Positions 24,301-36,700 of a DNA stretch of 64,000 nucleotides are shown in pieces. The DNA lies in contig CAJINV010000009.1 in the NCBI GenBank assembly GCA_905178155.1, positions 2,581,373-2,645,372 on the forward strand. The letters run 5' to 3'. A program made the position numbers and the translations under genes. This DNA is from Amoebophrya sp. A120 (Eukaryota > Protista > Dinoflagellata). Each line of letters starts with the position of its first letter. Position 1 is the stretch's first letter. Under the pieces are notes generated by a model. The model was not told where the DNA came from. It worked only from the letters and a program-made list of their open reading frames with translations, and did not search any database.

Positions 24301-27300
24301 TAAGACCACGCCCTTCATCGCAGTCAGTTGCTTGGAGACGTTTGTTATCCACCAAAAATATTTCAGGGTCTGGAAAGTTGTGATGCAAGTCTGCGATGGA
24401 TTAGTGCACTTGAAAGAATAGATGGGAGCCCCGCATGACAAGAAACTTCTAAGCTCCTCCTATGTGCTTCGTATTCCGTGTGGTGAATTACGGTTTTGAA
24501 TATTGACAGGCAAGAGCAGAGCATCTAGCTCGCGCACATGCATCACAGACCTCAGAGTCATGCCAGACATGCATGACAAGTCTTTAGCAAGTCTTGCATT
24601 CTTGTTCCAGACCCAGAGTGACATATTTGCATTATGCATATTTGTAACTCCGCCGATGGTGATGGACTTTGGTAAGTCGGGGTGGTGTTGTTCGTGCGCG
24701 AAAGCAGGTATCCCGTGTAAAAACGTCACCACCCCAGAGTCAACCTGGGGGTTTTGCAACACAAACCTAGAAATTATCATTATGGGGGTCACGCATGACA
24801 AGTTGCGGGCTGTACTGTAGTGCAGCATATTAGCAAGAGAATTCGTATAACAAATCCGTCTCTTTATCCTGTTTCCAGCATTACAAGTTCCAAAACACGA
24901 TGGGAATTGCCTCTCATGGATATGCGCATTACAAATGCTCTTGTGCTTGTAAATATGCATGAGAACTCCGGGGTGGAGATGTTTGTACGTAGGATAGCAG
25001 ATCGGTTTTCCTCTCGATCGAGAGAACGACCAGATGCAGAGTCAAAAACGGCTGGGGCGTTGTGGTCGCTTGGGGTTCCGTCCTCCATCCCCGGCGGCGG
25101 GCGGTAGGCCTTCATGGTCCCGTTCCGCTTTCCAGATTTTTCGTCTTTTTGCTCCTGCAGCTGATGTTCTTCACCGGCGGAGGTCGACGGCACAACCGCC
25201 CGACCCCCCGGACCCTTTTTACCGGCTAACACGCCGGTCGTAGTTCCTGCTGCTAAACCAGAAATCGGCCCTTTCCCACCGGTAGAAGTAGAAGCGGCCG
25301 CACCAGAAGCAGCTCCTTGATCGGCTAAAGACGAGCCGAATTTCTTTCCTTTCAACACATTTGACGTACCTCCGGCAGTGGAGCTTTTGATGGTTGTCGC
25401 AACGTCCTGATTTTTGGTGTTGGAGTCGGAAGTGGAAAAACCGCTGTTGTTTGCCAGCTTCGAAGATGAGCCGCTTGTTCCTTTCTTCCCGCCAACATGT
25501 TGACCGTCATTGCTCTTTCCCACCTGCTGTTCCTTTTTCAGCCCGGCCGCACCACCCTTCCCGCCTTTTCCCTTCCCTTTGTTGCCAGCACTGCCCTTAG
25601 TGTATGAACTGCAAAAGTATCGTACTCGTATAAATGCATGACAAATTCCCTCAGCATGAGAAATAACATTTGTAAATGCGGATTTACCTTAAAAAGAAGA
25701 TTTGTATATGCATTACTGCAATACGAGTACGATACTTTTGCACAGGATATGGTGCTGTGATCCGGCTTTCCTTTCTCCTCTCCGACCTTGATCCCCCCGA
25801 GCAGGTTGGTATCTTTCTCTAACATGAGCTCAAACGAATCCTGTTCCCGATAGTTGTCCTCTCCTTCCTCATCCACAGGGGAGTGGGTTTCGGGGTCAAA
25901 CATCGCCTCCATGTTGGTAAACGAGTTACTAGCAGCTTTCAAATTGTTGCAGCTCAACATCCCGGCTACTGGTACTGTCCCCGCGGCGTGAGCAGAAGAT
26001 GTTGATGCTTGCAAGTGGGAGGTGGTAATGTGCTGCGCATTCCCCGGGACGAAGTTGTAGCCAGTTGCGCTCACTACAGCCGTCGCTGCCGTGGCGGCGG
26101 ATGCCGCGTTTTGGTTTTGCATCTGGTGCATTTGGTGCAGAAATTGCTGTTGCTGCTGATGGTGATGGCCGCCTTGATGTTGGTCTTCGCTGCCAGCGAT
26201 TTGCCCGTACAGGACCCGTTGCTGGAAAGAAGTTGTAGGCTTGTTATCAAATGCAAAAGTGTCTGGGTCTGGAAGGTTACTCATGCATATTTTGCATGAC
26301 TCTGGATGTCTGTAATGCATGATCTAGCATCGCATATTTTTGGAGGCCTTCCTGATCCCTATCCCGCATGACAAATGCCCTCCCCCCGCAGCACAAACTG
26401 GGCTCCTCTTGCTGGTCACGCAATACAAATCTTTTTAGAGTCCAAAGTTAGCATCACAAGTTCCAACCTTCCAGACCCAGACATATTTGCAATGCATACT
26501 TGTTGGACGGCTGCAACTTCGTTTGATCTTGTTTGCTTGTTGTTCCCAGCAAGTTGAGTCCGTGCTTGTTGTTGTTCCCGCCCGTCATTGCTCCGACGTA
26601 CTTGTCGGTCGTTCCAGTTGATGCACCAACACCTCCTTCTGTATTGCTCTGCGCCCCTTGGATCTGTCTCGACGCGTGGTCAGCAGGCGCGAGTGGGTCG
26701 TGGTTGTTGTAGTACTGTACCAGTTGCTCGCTAGTCATCACTATCCTGTGCAAAAGTATCGTACTCGTATTGCAGTCATGCGTTACAAATCATCTTGTTA
26801 AGGCAAATCAGCATTACAAATTTTCTTTGTCATGCTGAAGAAATTTGCAATGCATTTATACGAGTACGATACTTTTGCAATGCATAATCACCACATCCGG
26901 GCTGCGGTACTTCATTTCGTAATCCCAATACTGCTCGCACATATGCGGATCGATCACGTCGCAGTGTGCCGCGAGAAGCAGGCTGTGCATCGACTGTTTC
27001 GTCTCCCCGGCGGAAAACAGGCGGTACCTGAGACGATATAATTATAAGGAAAAACCATTTACTTGCCGTGCGTAGCAGACACCACGTGGCGCACATCATG
27101 TCATGCTGCAGGCTTAACAAGTTTTTTAACAGCAGACAGAGCAAGCTACAGTCATTTTTGCTATGATCCTAAGATCTTTTATACTTCTCCGGATCCTGGA
27201 TTCTCTTCGTGTTGAGCAATTTTTCCCGAGTCTCCACGGTTAGCAAATCCTTCGAAAAGTCGATGAGGTCGTGGTCGAACAGCTTGTGGCACAGCATAAT

Positions 27301-29558
27301 CTTCTGCAGCCGATCTGTGCAATGCAAAAGCATCGCACTCGTCGTGGTATTGGTAAGCGCAGTCACGCAAGATAAATTTCCTTCCCAAGCTAAATCAGCA
27401 TGACAAATGGAAGCTGTCATGCTGAGCGAATTTGTATTGGAATCACTACTAGTACGATTTACTTTTGCAATGCATACGATCTACGCCGCACCCATACACT
27501 TGGAAGCACTGCTCGGTCAGGACTTCCCGATCCTGGAAATTCAGGGTTTGAAAGTACTGCGGGGACTCGAGCAATTTCCAGAAGTCCTGGCGTTCGAAGA
27601 TGTTGGAACCGACCGGAATTTTGCTCGTTTGTTGTTGATTGTTGTTCGCTGTCGTGCCAGCACCTCCAGTCGTTCCCATGTCTACATCGCCGGTAGTACT
27701 ATTGTTCCCTCCTGCGCCGGTCATCAGTCCGTAGTTGTACTGATGATTGTAGTTGTACGGCCCCGATGTGAGGTTTGTGCTGCCGTCCGCAACAGCTGTT
27801 TCAAAAGCCGCACGCCCAGCACCGTGGGTTGATGTACCGTGGTAGGGTCCGCCCATCGGCAATAAGCTCGCTTGATTTTTCACCGTCGCAGAAGCGGTAG
27901 TACCATCGAGCACCACCATGCCCGGTTTCTTCATGATCTTCGCACCAGCAGTAGCAGTAGTAGTACTAGTGTGACGATCCACACCGCTGCGGGTGCTGCC
28001 CACTTTCTGACTGCCGTTGTGCATGCTGCCCGGGGGAGAGATTTCCGGGTCGTTCGGGTTGGTCACGGACCCGTGCACTTGCTATGAAGCTCTCAAGCGT
28101 TAGTACACCCTCAACCGTCACGCGATTTATTGTCATGCAAAACGCACACCAGCAACAGCATCCACTTCCACACGATGAAGAAGCTACCTCGCATGACAAA
28201 TTGAAATTTTTGCAGGGCTTCTAAACAGCAATAAAATCTGTGCCAAGAAGTTTGCAATGCGAGAGGTGCAGGCTTCTTTTGCTTTTCCTATTCTTGCATG
28301 CCAAATTCATGCAACGGTTGAGAATGTAACATTAAAGAACGCCATATTTGCTGCTGTTGCAACAACACCTGCGCCGGCACCGGGATGCCATCGACGACGT
28401 CCGCAATGCCGTTTTCTTTCGCGTGCTGGTCGCTTGTATGCATTGCAAATGTGTCTGGGTCTGGAAATAACTTGTGATGCAAGGAAGGGAATACTATTGA
28501 GCACACTGCAATGCGCTCCCCAGCATGACAAGTTTTTCCGTGGTTCAGAGTTGCGCACTGCGCATGAGAAACTGCGTTTTTGCATGACAGACAAGAGGAC
28601 CGCTTCGGGGGCACGCAGTACAGAGTTCAGCGTCATGCCAGACTAGCATGACAAATCTCGCAAGCTCCCAGACGTCCAGGGATGTTTGCAGTTTATAGCT
28701 TGTTCCGTTGTACACATCCTGGGCGGGGGCCCCCGCACCGCGGACGCCGGAATTAGAGGTGTTGTAGTACGTCACGCCGCCGGCCTGGGTCGCCAGGATT
28801 ATGCAAGAAAAAAAGTGTGTAAGTGTAAATTTGTCTTGCAGATGCTGCAATACAGTTACACTTGTCATTCTGGATGTACATCAGAGGCTATTTTCATTAT
28901 ACGTGTTTTCGCGAGTACGCATGACAGGTTTTCTCTGTCATGCAAAACAAATCTGTGATGCTGTTCCTGCAAAAAAGCTACACTAACACACTTTTTTTCT
29001 TGGATAAGGATCGGGCCGTGCTGCAGGGTGTAATGATTTTCATGTTGTTGTTGACCATAATCTTCGTCGACTTGCAGCTGCAGCTGTTGATCTTCTTCGT
29101 GTAGTTCTTGCTGCATTTTTTCCATTTGATGCGGTTGGTGACCAAGACGAACAGCACCAGCAGCGACCTGGAGGTTGTAGCTGCTTTGCACCGCTGTTGT
29201 AGCAGAGGAACTGTGGTCTTGCAGAAAATGCTGCGCTATCAACTGCAAAAATGTCTGGGTCTGGAAGAGTCGGGGCTTGTCATGCAAATTTTGCATGATC
29301 TGTGAGATCTGTGACGCTGGTGCTAGCATCACAGATTTTTTGAGAGCTTCTTGATGCTACACACGCATGAGAAATGCCCTCTCCGCGTGCCAAGCACTGA
29401 CTCCTCTTGCTGCTCATGCAGCACAGATATTTTCAGAATCCGCAGCCAGCATTACAAGTTCCATTCTTCCAGACCCAGACATATTTGCAATCCATATGCA
29501 CGTCCGGGTGGTTTTGCACGGGTTGGAGGTAAACTGGCACCTCGTCACACTGGGTCAT
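18340..29558 (-). CDS. Large Q/S/G-rich hypothetical protein with a C-terminal CaaX motif (CAIM) (gene 3)
   Basis: About 28 introns; spliced product runs from MTQCDEVPVYLQ.. through ..KEIGRVPLWKL|VKQFPSDMTQRQLADGTWK|LWLLENPVEN|PDSPMVGE|PAKCN|VLFENGHD.. to ..GKMPPGGKDGECAIM*. It could be two genes if the join near 23.1 kb is wrong. Confidence 0.65.
18409..18657. mobile_element. Introner family L
   Basis: TIR TATGAGAGTACAC / GTGTGTTCTCATA. Confidence 0.8.
18773..18914. mobile_element. Introner family A
   Basis: DR CGCGG/CGCGA. Confidence 0.85.
18952..20353. mobile_element. 1.4-kb family-A-ended introner with unrelated internal cargo
   Basis: TATCCATTGCAAAAGCATCGTAT...ATACGATACTTGTCTATTTGCAGTGGATA; DR GTAAC/GCAAC; removal gives SPAAAKL|PVPADLPSP in frame. 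Confidence 0.75.
20405..20719. mobile_element. Introner family D
   Basis: Perfect DR CACGA. Confidence 0.9.
20755..20931 (-). other. GT-AG intron containing a decayed family B end
   Basis: GTATAG...TTTCAG restores ALVGED|VLPVQSDD; family B remnant at 20762-20790. Confidence 0.6.
20966..21150. mobile_element. Introner family F
   Basis: DR CCCCC/CCTCC. Confidence 0.8.
21195..21442. mobile_element. Introner family C
   Basis: Perfect DR TTGCA. Confidence 0.9.
21461..21770. mobile_element. Introner family B (diverged)
   Basis: DR GCTTG/GCTCG. Confidence 0.8.
21801..21951. mobile_element. Introner family A
   Basis: DR GTTTT/ATTTT. Confidence 0.85.
21986..22280. mobile_element. Introner family L
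   Basis: Perfect DR GTTTC. Confidence 0.8.
22339..22485 (-). other. Canonical GT-AG intron with introner-type internal motifs
   Basis: GTAAAA...CGCTAG; joins PLWKL|VKQFP. Confidence 0.65.
22678..22906. mobile_element. Introner family A (diverged)
   Basis: DR TTCTT/ATCTT; removal gives TPGK|NESLQ. Confidence 0.75.
23200..23515. mobile_element. Introner family D
   Basis: Perfect DR CCGGT. Confidence 0.9.
23547..23826. mobile_element. Introner family F
   Basis: TIR TATCCTGAGTAAAAACGTACCCAC; perfect DR CCGTG. Confidence 0.9.
24102..24275. mobile_element. Introner family A (diverged)
   Basis: Perfect DR CCCCA. Confidence 0.8.
24346..24640. mobile_element. Introner family B (diverged)
   Basis: Perfect DR TTTGT. 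Confidence 0.8.
24709..24996. mobile_element. Introner family F
   Basis: DR GCAGG/GCAGA. Confidence 0.85.
25603..25749. mobile_element. Introner family A
   Basis: DR TAGTG/TGGTG. Confidence 0.9.
26245..26498. mobile_element. Introner family B
   Basis: Perfect DR CTTGT. Confidence 0.9.
26742..26886. mobile_element. Introner family A
   Basis: Perfect DR ATCAC. Confidence 0.9.
27316..27476. mobile_element. Introner family A
   Basis: Perfect DR CGATC; removal gives GCGVDR|LQKIM. Confidence 0.85.
28083..28346. mobile_element. Introner family C
   Basis: DR CTTGC/TTTGC. Confidence 0.85.
28437..28697. mobile_element. Introner family B
   Basis: Perfect DR GCTTG. Confidence 0.85.
28800..29006. 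mobile_element. Introner family G
   Basis: TATGCAAGAAAAAAAGTGTG / CACACTTTTTTTCTTGGATA; perfect DR AGGAT. Confidence 0.9.
29237..29496. mobile_element. Introner family B
   Basis: DR TGCGC/TGCAC. Confidence 0.9.
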
Positions 29559-30774
29559 TTTTGTTTTCCACCTGCTTCCACCGATGATACTGCTCGCCCG
29601 GGAAAACGATATCGTCGCGTCGCTGCTTGCTTTTTGCTCTGTCTTTACGACTTGGATTTCCTTCTAATTGTAGTTGCACTCACGAAAAATAACAATAACT
29701 GTTTCTCAACGAATAAAAACAACGAACCAGTCGTAGAAATCGGGCAAAGTTGTTCCCATAGCAGCTTTGTGTTTTCTTCGCTCTACCAACCTCTTGCACT
29801 TTTGCATAGTTCGCGTTCCTCTTTTTACGTTTAGAATAGGTATGATCCTTCACACCATTCCTTCCGCTCAATCGTATCATGGCTTTTGCTGATGAAAGCG
29901 ACAAGGAGTTCTTCGCTCGTCGTGCTTCTGCTAACTTTAATATCTCCGCTTTTGATCATCATCATGCGTCTACTTGGCGTCTCTCCTAAGAAGTGTAGCA
30001 CTTTTTGTTTTTTGTTGCCTTTTGCCATTAGGTAGCTCGGCTACCGCCAAGTCAATGGGGAGCACCTGCAGCTTTCTTTGAAGATGCTAAGTACTTCACG
30101 ATCAAACGCAAACACAGACACGAAAACAATATCATAAAGATCGGCACCGATCGACCGACAGAGTGCGTGGCATACCACTACCGCCATAATGCTAGCGACA
30201 TATTACAATTTAAAGTTATTCATTCGTCGAAACATGGTTCGTTTCTGAAGATTCCGCCAATTATACAGGATGATCTAGTACTACTCTATAAATTCGAAAT
30301 CATGATGCTCTTAAAAAAAAGAGTGCGTCGTGCGGGTGCAGGACGAGCAGGAGCAAATTACATTTTGCCATATCGTTATCGTCCAAATCCAAACTCAAAC
30401 ATTAGCAAATCGATACGTTCGTGTAAGTAACTGGTGCAAGCGACGAGCTTATAATCGTGTCATTGTGATCAGGAACGGCCGGAGGTTGTGAAACGCACTT
30501 GCTTCTATCTATATGCGTAATGATAAAACTTTTGAACGGATAAGGGGCACAAGACCCCCCGTTTTAGTTATCCAAAAACTTAGTTCTTGTGATTTAGGTT
30601 TAAACTAGAATGTGAAAAATGAAAACGAGTACAACGCGATGGACTCGTCATAGTACTATTGTTAATAGTTGCGCCAGCCATAGTGACCGTCTGTTCTCAA
30701 CCAAACACAACAAGTTCCCGTTCACCCCTATCATGTATAATGAGTGCCGTTATTAAAATAGCACCTCCTCCTCA

Positions 30775-33700
30775 TCACGACAAATACCGCAACAATTGCG
30801 ACGTCTTTCTCTGTTGCTCCCGGAGCTCCGCTAGCGAACTCCTTTCCACCGCCTCCTCTGCCTCCAAGGCCCGTCTACTCGATGGCTATGAGAGTGGGCA
30901 ACTAACCACTTCTCCTCGACGCCCTCGCTTGTGTTTGTCATGCACGATGATCACCAATGAATCCATTTTCTTTTTCTGCCTCGTGGCACTGTTTGCATGA
31001 CCAATTGCGGAAGTAGCCCAAACTACAGAACCACTACACTTGACCCCAGAAGAACTTGTTATGCACAGGCCCCATCATGTCGATGTGTGCTGCTCCTGTC
31101 TGTATTGCTGCTTACTACGAGAGGGAAAGTTGTGCACTACTCTCATAAAGGCGACGGCGTGGGCACGACCTTGTACGGCGCAAAAGTCCTACTGGAGCTT
31201 CCCACCGGGATGGTGCCCGTACTGGTCTTGCTGCTGCTATTGGGGAGCACCGGCACGATTCGGTGACTATTGATGGACGTAGTTGCCGGCTCTGCTGCTC
31301 GTTGATGTGGATCTGGCGCTGGAATCCGATTTATGGAAATCGTTGGCGCAGAAGTAGGCACGAGAGCGGACTGCTGCTCAAACGCCAGATGATTTCGCTC
31401 CAGGTTGTTCCGCATTTTCCGCAAGTAGACGTCCTCATTGCGCCAGGCGGAATTCTCCTGCTCGCTCCGCTGCAGCAGCCTCTGCGTCCGGTCCAGCATC
31501 CCTGCGTCCTGCGCGATTTGGCGTTGGATTATCATACGGAAAACCTCTACTCTACAAACCCCGCCAAGACCCGACACAATGAATCAAAAGCCTACGATCG
31601 CATGGCGTGTAACTACCGACCGACGGAATTGGAAGCACTATGATCGCGACGAGTTACCAAATCCGCGAAATTTTAAAATTTTATTTTTATGAAGACGGCA
31701 AATCCGCGAAATTTTAAAATTTCATTTTTATCAACAGTAAAACTGAATGAATGAGCCAAAGACGGACACTCTGTGTCTGTGATCGCTCAGATGTATTTGG
31801 TGTTTTCTCCAAATAACGCGACAAATCCGCGACTTTCCAAAATTTTATTTTTATTAACACAAAGACTCCGCGAATTTTCAAAGTTTTATTTTTATTGTGA
31901 TGCAAAGTTCGTACATATTAACTGTACACTCATCAAACTGTTTCGCGAAATCCGGCTCTTCATCATTCCCATGACTGTTGCACTAAAAATCACTTCCACA
32001 TAGGAGTGGCAAACAGGCTTCTCCTGTGGAGCCGCGTCAGAGGGTGGTGGTCGGGTCAGTGTGAAAAATGCAAATCGACGCACTTAGACTTACACGAAGA
32101 CACGGGGCTTGGGCGGGGGGGGTGGGTACGTTTTCACTCAGGTTAAGAAGTAAGGAAACTTCGTCGTCTATCCAAGAAAAAAAAGTGTTACACTTAGACA
32201 CGACGTCATGCGATTTCAGCATCACAAACTTGCACGGTATGGCAGACAAAACTTGTCTTAATGCAGCGGTCACAAGGGTGAACACAAAGTACTATGAACT
32301 AACTGGGTGGACCCTGTGACTGTGTGTGCAGATCCTGCATGACAGAGCGCGTCTCTCTTGCTTAGTCTGCAGCAGCCCAATGCGTCACTGTAACAGTTTT
32401 TTCTTGGCATATTTTCTCGGGTAGAGAGTTCCTGCTGCAGCCGCTGGATCTCTGCTTTCTGCATGGAATTGGAGCGGTATGAAAGTGCCACAGCTTCCCC
32501 CTGCTCGTCTCCCTCATTTGTCGTGCAGAATGGTAAACGCAGATGGTGCTGCGGCTGACTTGTGGCACTGTTTGTGTTTGCATGACAAATTTACTCGAAG
32601 CTGTCAAACGGTACCTCTACAGTGCGCAGCACGAACTTGTCATGCGCAGGCACAACAGGCTCAATCTATTTACTCACTACTTCTTACGTGTAGTCTCTAG
32701 TGATGCATATGCCTTTGGTTACCAGATGATGGGGAGAGAAGCTATACACTCTCATACGCGGTCCGTGACCTCGAACTCAACAAGCTTTTGCCGGGCCTGG
32801 GGTAAAATTTTAACGTAGCAGCTGGAAAGATCTCCGTTGAAAAAATGTGCTGAAATTGACTTGAAGCAGCAGGAGCATCACAAAATCGGTTACTCTAGCA
32901 GGATTTGCATTTGCGTAAGAACAATTCTTTCACTAGATTAATACCTCTGATATCCATTTTGTCTTCGCGTCCACCTCCTGCATCAGCTGTCGTTTCTCCT
33001 CTGCACACCGCCCGTAGTCTATTTCTATGGCGCCTTAGCAGATGGGACAAGCTCAACTGGAACTATAATGCGTGTGAAGTAAAAAACATACATGTGAATT
33101 GTCTGGTTATGTTGATGGTGAAGTCTAGAATGAGACACCCTTAGCAATGCTCTGCCAAACCGCATCGACTAAATCCGGACAAAATTATTTGTCGTGCAAG
33201 GTCGAAGCACGCAGATCATACTCGTGCAGCTACCTGTGCTGTTTATTGAGCAAGACAGATAATTTCGACTCTCACTCTACTACCTTGATGTTGTTCCAGT
33301 TGAGATTCGTTCTCCATTTGAAGAGCAGGGCATAATTTTCACCTCTTGCCTCTGCTTCTCCGCGTTTTCGACCTGTTTCTTCATGTTTTCCATCTCTTCC
33401 GAGTCCCGAACTTGCCTCCTCCGCAAGTTTTATCAACTGGAAAAGTGTCTGGGTCTGGAAGAGTGCAACTTGTCATGCTAAATCTGAAGCATGCAAAATA
33501 ATTCTGTGTTGCATCATTACCAAAAGCTGTCAACTTTTGACGTGATCGAGAGGCAGTTTCTCATGCAGGATAGACATGATAGAACTCTCACAGAGTCTGT
33601 CATTCTATGTCCTACATCTACATGCCAGACCTCATGGGTCATGGAAAACCTGCATGACAAGTCTGGAACTCTTCCGGACCCAGACATTTTTACATTTGAT

Positions 33701-36700
33701 ATGTTTATGGACATTGCAAAAGAAGTCGTATGAGCGACGCACCACAGCGTTCTAGTTCTAAGTTCTAGCAGATGCAAATGACTTCTTCAGGAACTTCTAC
33801 AGAAGCCGAGTCTTTTGTCATGCAGAATCAGGAGTAACATACAACAGCAAATCTGTCACACCAACCATTTTTGTAATCGCCGTCTGCATGCAAACGTGCA
33901 ATACAACCACAACACAACATCTTTTGGGCAGGATAATGTCGGCCAAGCGATCCTCTACCGCGGCTTTTTCCTCTTTCATTTCCAAGTATCGCCAGAAAAA
34001 ACTGCTTCACTGTACACTTGTAATGCAGAAAATGTATTTCACAAGTGTTTGTCTTCCTACACATGCAAGACAGTGGATTTTTAGCTGTGTTTTCCCTTAG
34101 GAACCTTGCATGGCAAATTTTCTCTGTCATGTAGAAAAACTTGTGATGCAAAACCTGCAAAATCCTTACAGTGAAACACTTTTTTCGTACGATACCAACA
34201 GCTTCTCGTTCGCGTCGTGTAGCGTGACCAATTCCCGCCTAATGCGTATCCTCAGTAAAAACTACCTATACAATTCCCCCTCACGTGGTGAGTGTCGGTG
34301 TCATGCAAATTTGCATGCTCGGCGGGATCCTCTTCCTCGTGCGGCTTTCGCTTTCCAGGAGAGGCATAATTGTTCACTAGTCACTGTTCTAGTACTTCCT
34401 TCGGGATCGGGATTTGTTATTGTCAACATGCTAACAAGTCTGGAAGGGTTCCTCATCCCATCTTAACTATGGGCGGCCCCGTTCGTGGGTCGACGTGTGG
34501 AATAAACGTTTTTACTGAGCGGATAACATGCGCCAGCTGATCCTCGAGGACTAGTCGTTCCTGTTTCTCCTTTTGAAAAGCTTCCTCGGAGAGCTGGTTC
34601 TCCTTCTCCAGTTTCTCTATCCGGAGGGATTGTCTTTCACAGTCTTCGTTCAGAATCAGCGACTTGTGGGCCATATGCACTGCAAAAGTATCGTACTCGT
34701 ACTGATTGAGATTGCATTTATGCATTACAAATTCTTCTCTTAAGGCAAATCAGCATTACAAATTCAATTTGTTATGCTAAGTCAATTTGTCATGCAATTT
34801 GTAGATACTGGTGCGATACTTTTACAGTTCATATGCCAGCTTGTCCTTGTCCAGTTTTGTGTTGGAGTGCAGTTCGTGGAGTTTTTGCAGCTCCCTTTCC
34901 AGGTCGATTTCTCTGGCGAGTTTCAGCTCGGTTTCGCGGAGGCTGGTGATAGTTTTTCGTTATTTTTGGTTTGACAAATTTCGCGTGAAGTTGAAATTGA
35001 TGAAGCTCATGGAATTCATTTCAACATGATCTGTTTGTGGTCCCAGTGCTCTGTATGACATTCATAGAGGTAAAGAAAGAGTGCTCTGGATGTTGTTCCG
35101 TTGCGATACTGTCGTAGTTTTATTCCGCATGGTAATGCATGAGCATGCTCGTGCGCGATAAAATGGTGGTTCAGGATACAAGCTAAAGTACTACCTAACA
35201 TTTAACTTCGCGATTTTGTCTTCTCGTTGGATGGCTTCCATTGCCAATTTTTCTCCCTTATTCACCGCGTTTTTCAATTCTTCCTGTAATTTTCGCATAT
35301 CCTGTGCAAAAGTATAATCGCACTCGTAGTAATCGCAGTCATGCATTACAAATCTCAATCCCAAGGCAAAACAGCATGACAAATTCCATTTGTCACGCTG
35401 AGCCAATTTGTCATGCGAGTACTACAGGTAGTGCGATACTTTTGCACTGCATAGCGCACCAGCTCCTGCAACTCCTTCACGAATTCCTTGGTCGTGCTCA
35501 GCTCTTCATTCTTCTCGTAAATCTTCCGTTCGATCAGAATGCACTGCTCCTCAAAGTGTTTCGCCTTCTTCGCGTTCAAACTACATTGCTTTGACACCTC
35601 GTCGAACGCGTGTAGCTGCTTTTCGTTGTTTTCCTCGCTGTTCTTCCACATTTGCTTGAAGTACTCCACCTCTAGGAAAAGTATGCAGTGCAAAAGTTAA
35701 AGTATCGCACTGGTAGTGGTATAAATGCATTTCCTCAGCATGAGAAACAAAATTTGTAATGCTGATTTACCTTAAGACTTGTAATGCATGACTGCCATAC
35801 GAGTGCGATACTTTTGCACAGGATAAGAAGCTTTTTCTGCTCGGAGTCAAACTTATTCTTATCTCGTTCGTACCGATCGAGGATATGCAACACAAATCTC
35901 CCGTACATGTACAAGCTGCATCGCAAATTTCATCAATTTGGCGTGCTGTGTTGAGGACGCTTGTCATGCTAAAAGAGGATCGGAGCCAAGTTTTGTCATG
36001 CAGAGACCGCAGCTGTACGTGAATGCACGGGAGATTTTTACTCTGGGTAGAGAATGGTCTCCTTCTCCAGTTGCAGCTGTTCCAATTTCGACAGATACAC
36101 CTCTTCGTTGGTGTTTTCCTTCTTTTGCAGCTGACTTCGCAGCCGTTCGATTTCTTCCTTCAGAATCAAAATTTGCTTCTTCTGCGTCTCTTTCAATTCG
36201 AAGAACTCCGCTTCTAATATCAAGGAAAAAAGTGTTAACGTTAACGGTTTTGCTTTTGGGGCATTGCAGTCATGGATGGCAAATCTGCGCTAGCATGCAT
36301 GCTATGCAATACAAGTTTGGGCATCGTCTCTTTTTCTCGTGCATTCCTGCATGCCAAATTCCGTTAACGTTAACTCTTTTTGGTGTGAGATCTAAAGCGC
36401 GGTTTCGGGATTCGAGTATGCTGTTCTGCCGATTCTTCGACATCAACTCTTCGCCCTTGGGTATCCTGGGTAAAAACGTCCCCACACCAGAGCTGTCATG
36501 CAAATGCGCAATGACAGGAACATTTGTAATGCGCACAGCTCCATGAGAGGAATTTCCAATCGTGTCTTGGAATCTGTAATGCTGTAGACAGGATGCGAAA
36601 GTGGGTTTCTCATGCGGCTTCTCTTGCCAATCAGCGCTACACTGCAGAGGGAAACTTGTCATGCACAGCTCCCAAAACTTGGAGATTTGTGTTGCTAGGT

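Noticed and set aside
29831-30028. 65-aa ORF MAKGNKKQK.. as the first exon of gene 3
   Set aside because: It ends in a stop and no supported splice links it to the exon starting at 29558.
33729-33934. Additional probable introns (also near 27040-27170, 32810-33330, 34970-35195, 47410-47525 and 47820-47985)
   Set aside because: The frame is interrupted there, but TIR/DR or GT-AG boundaries could not be assigned confidently.
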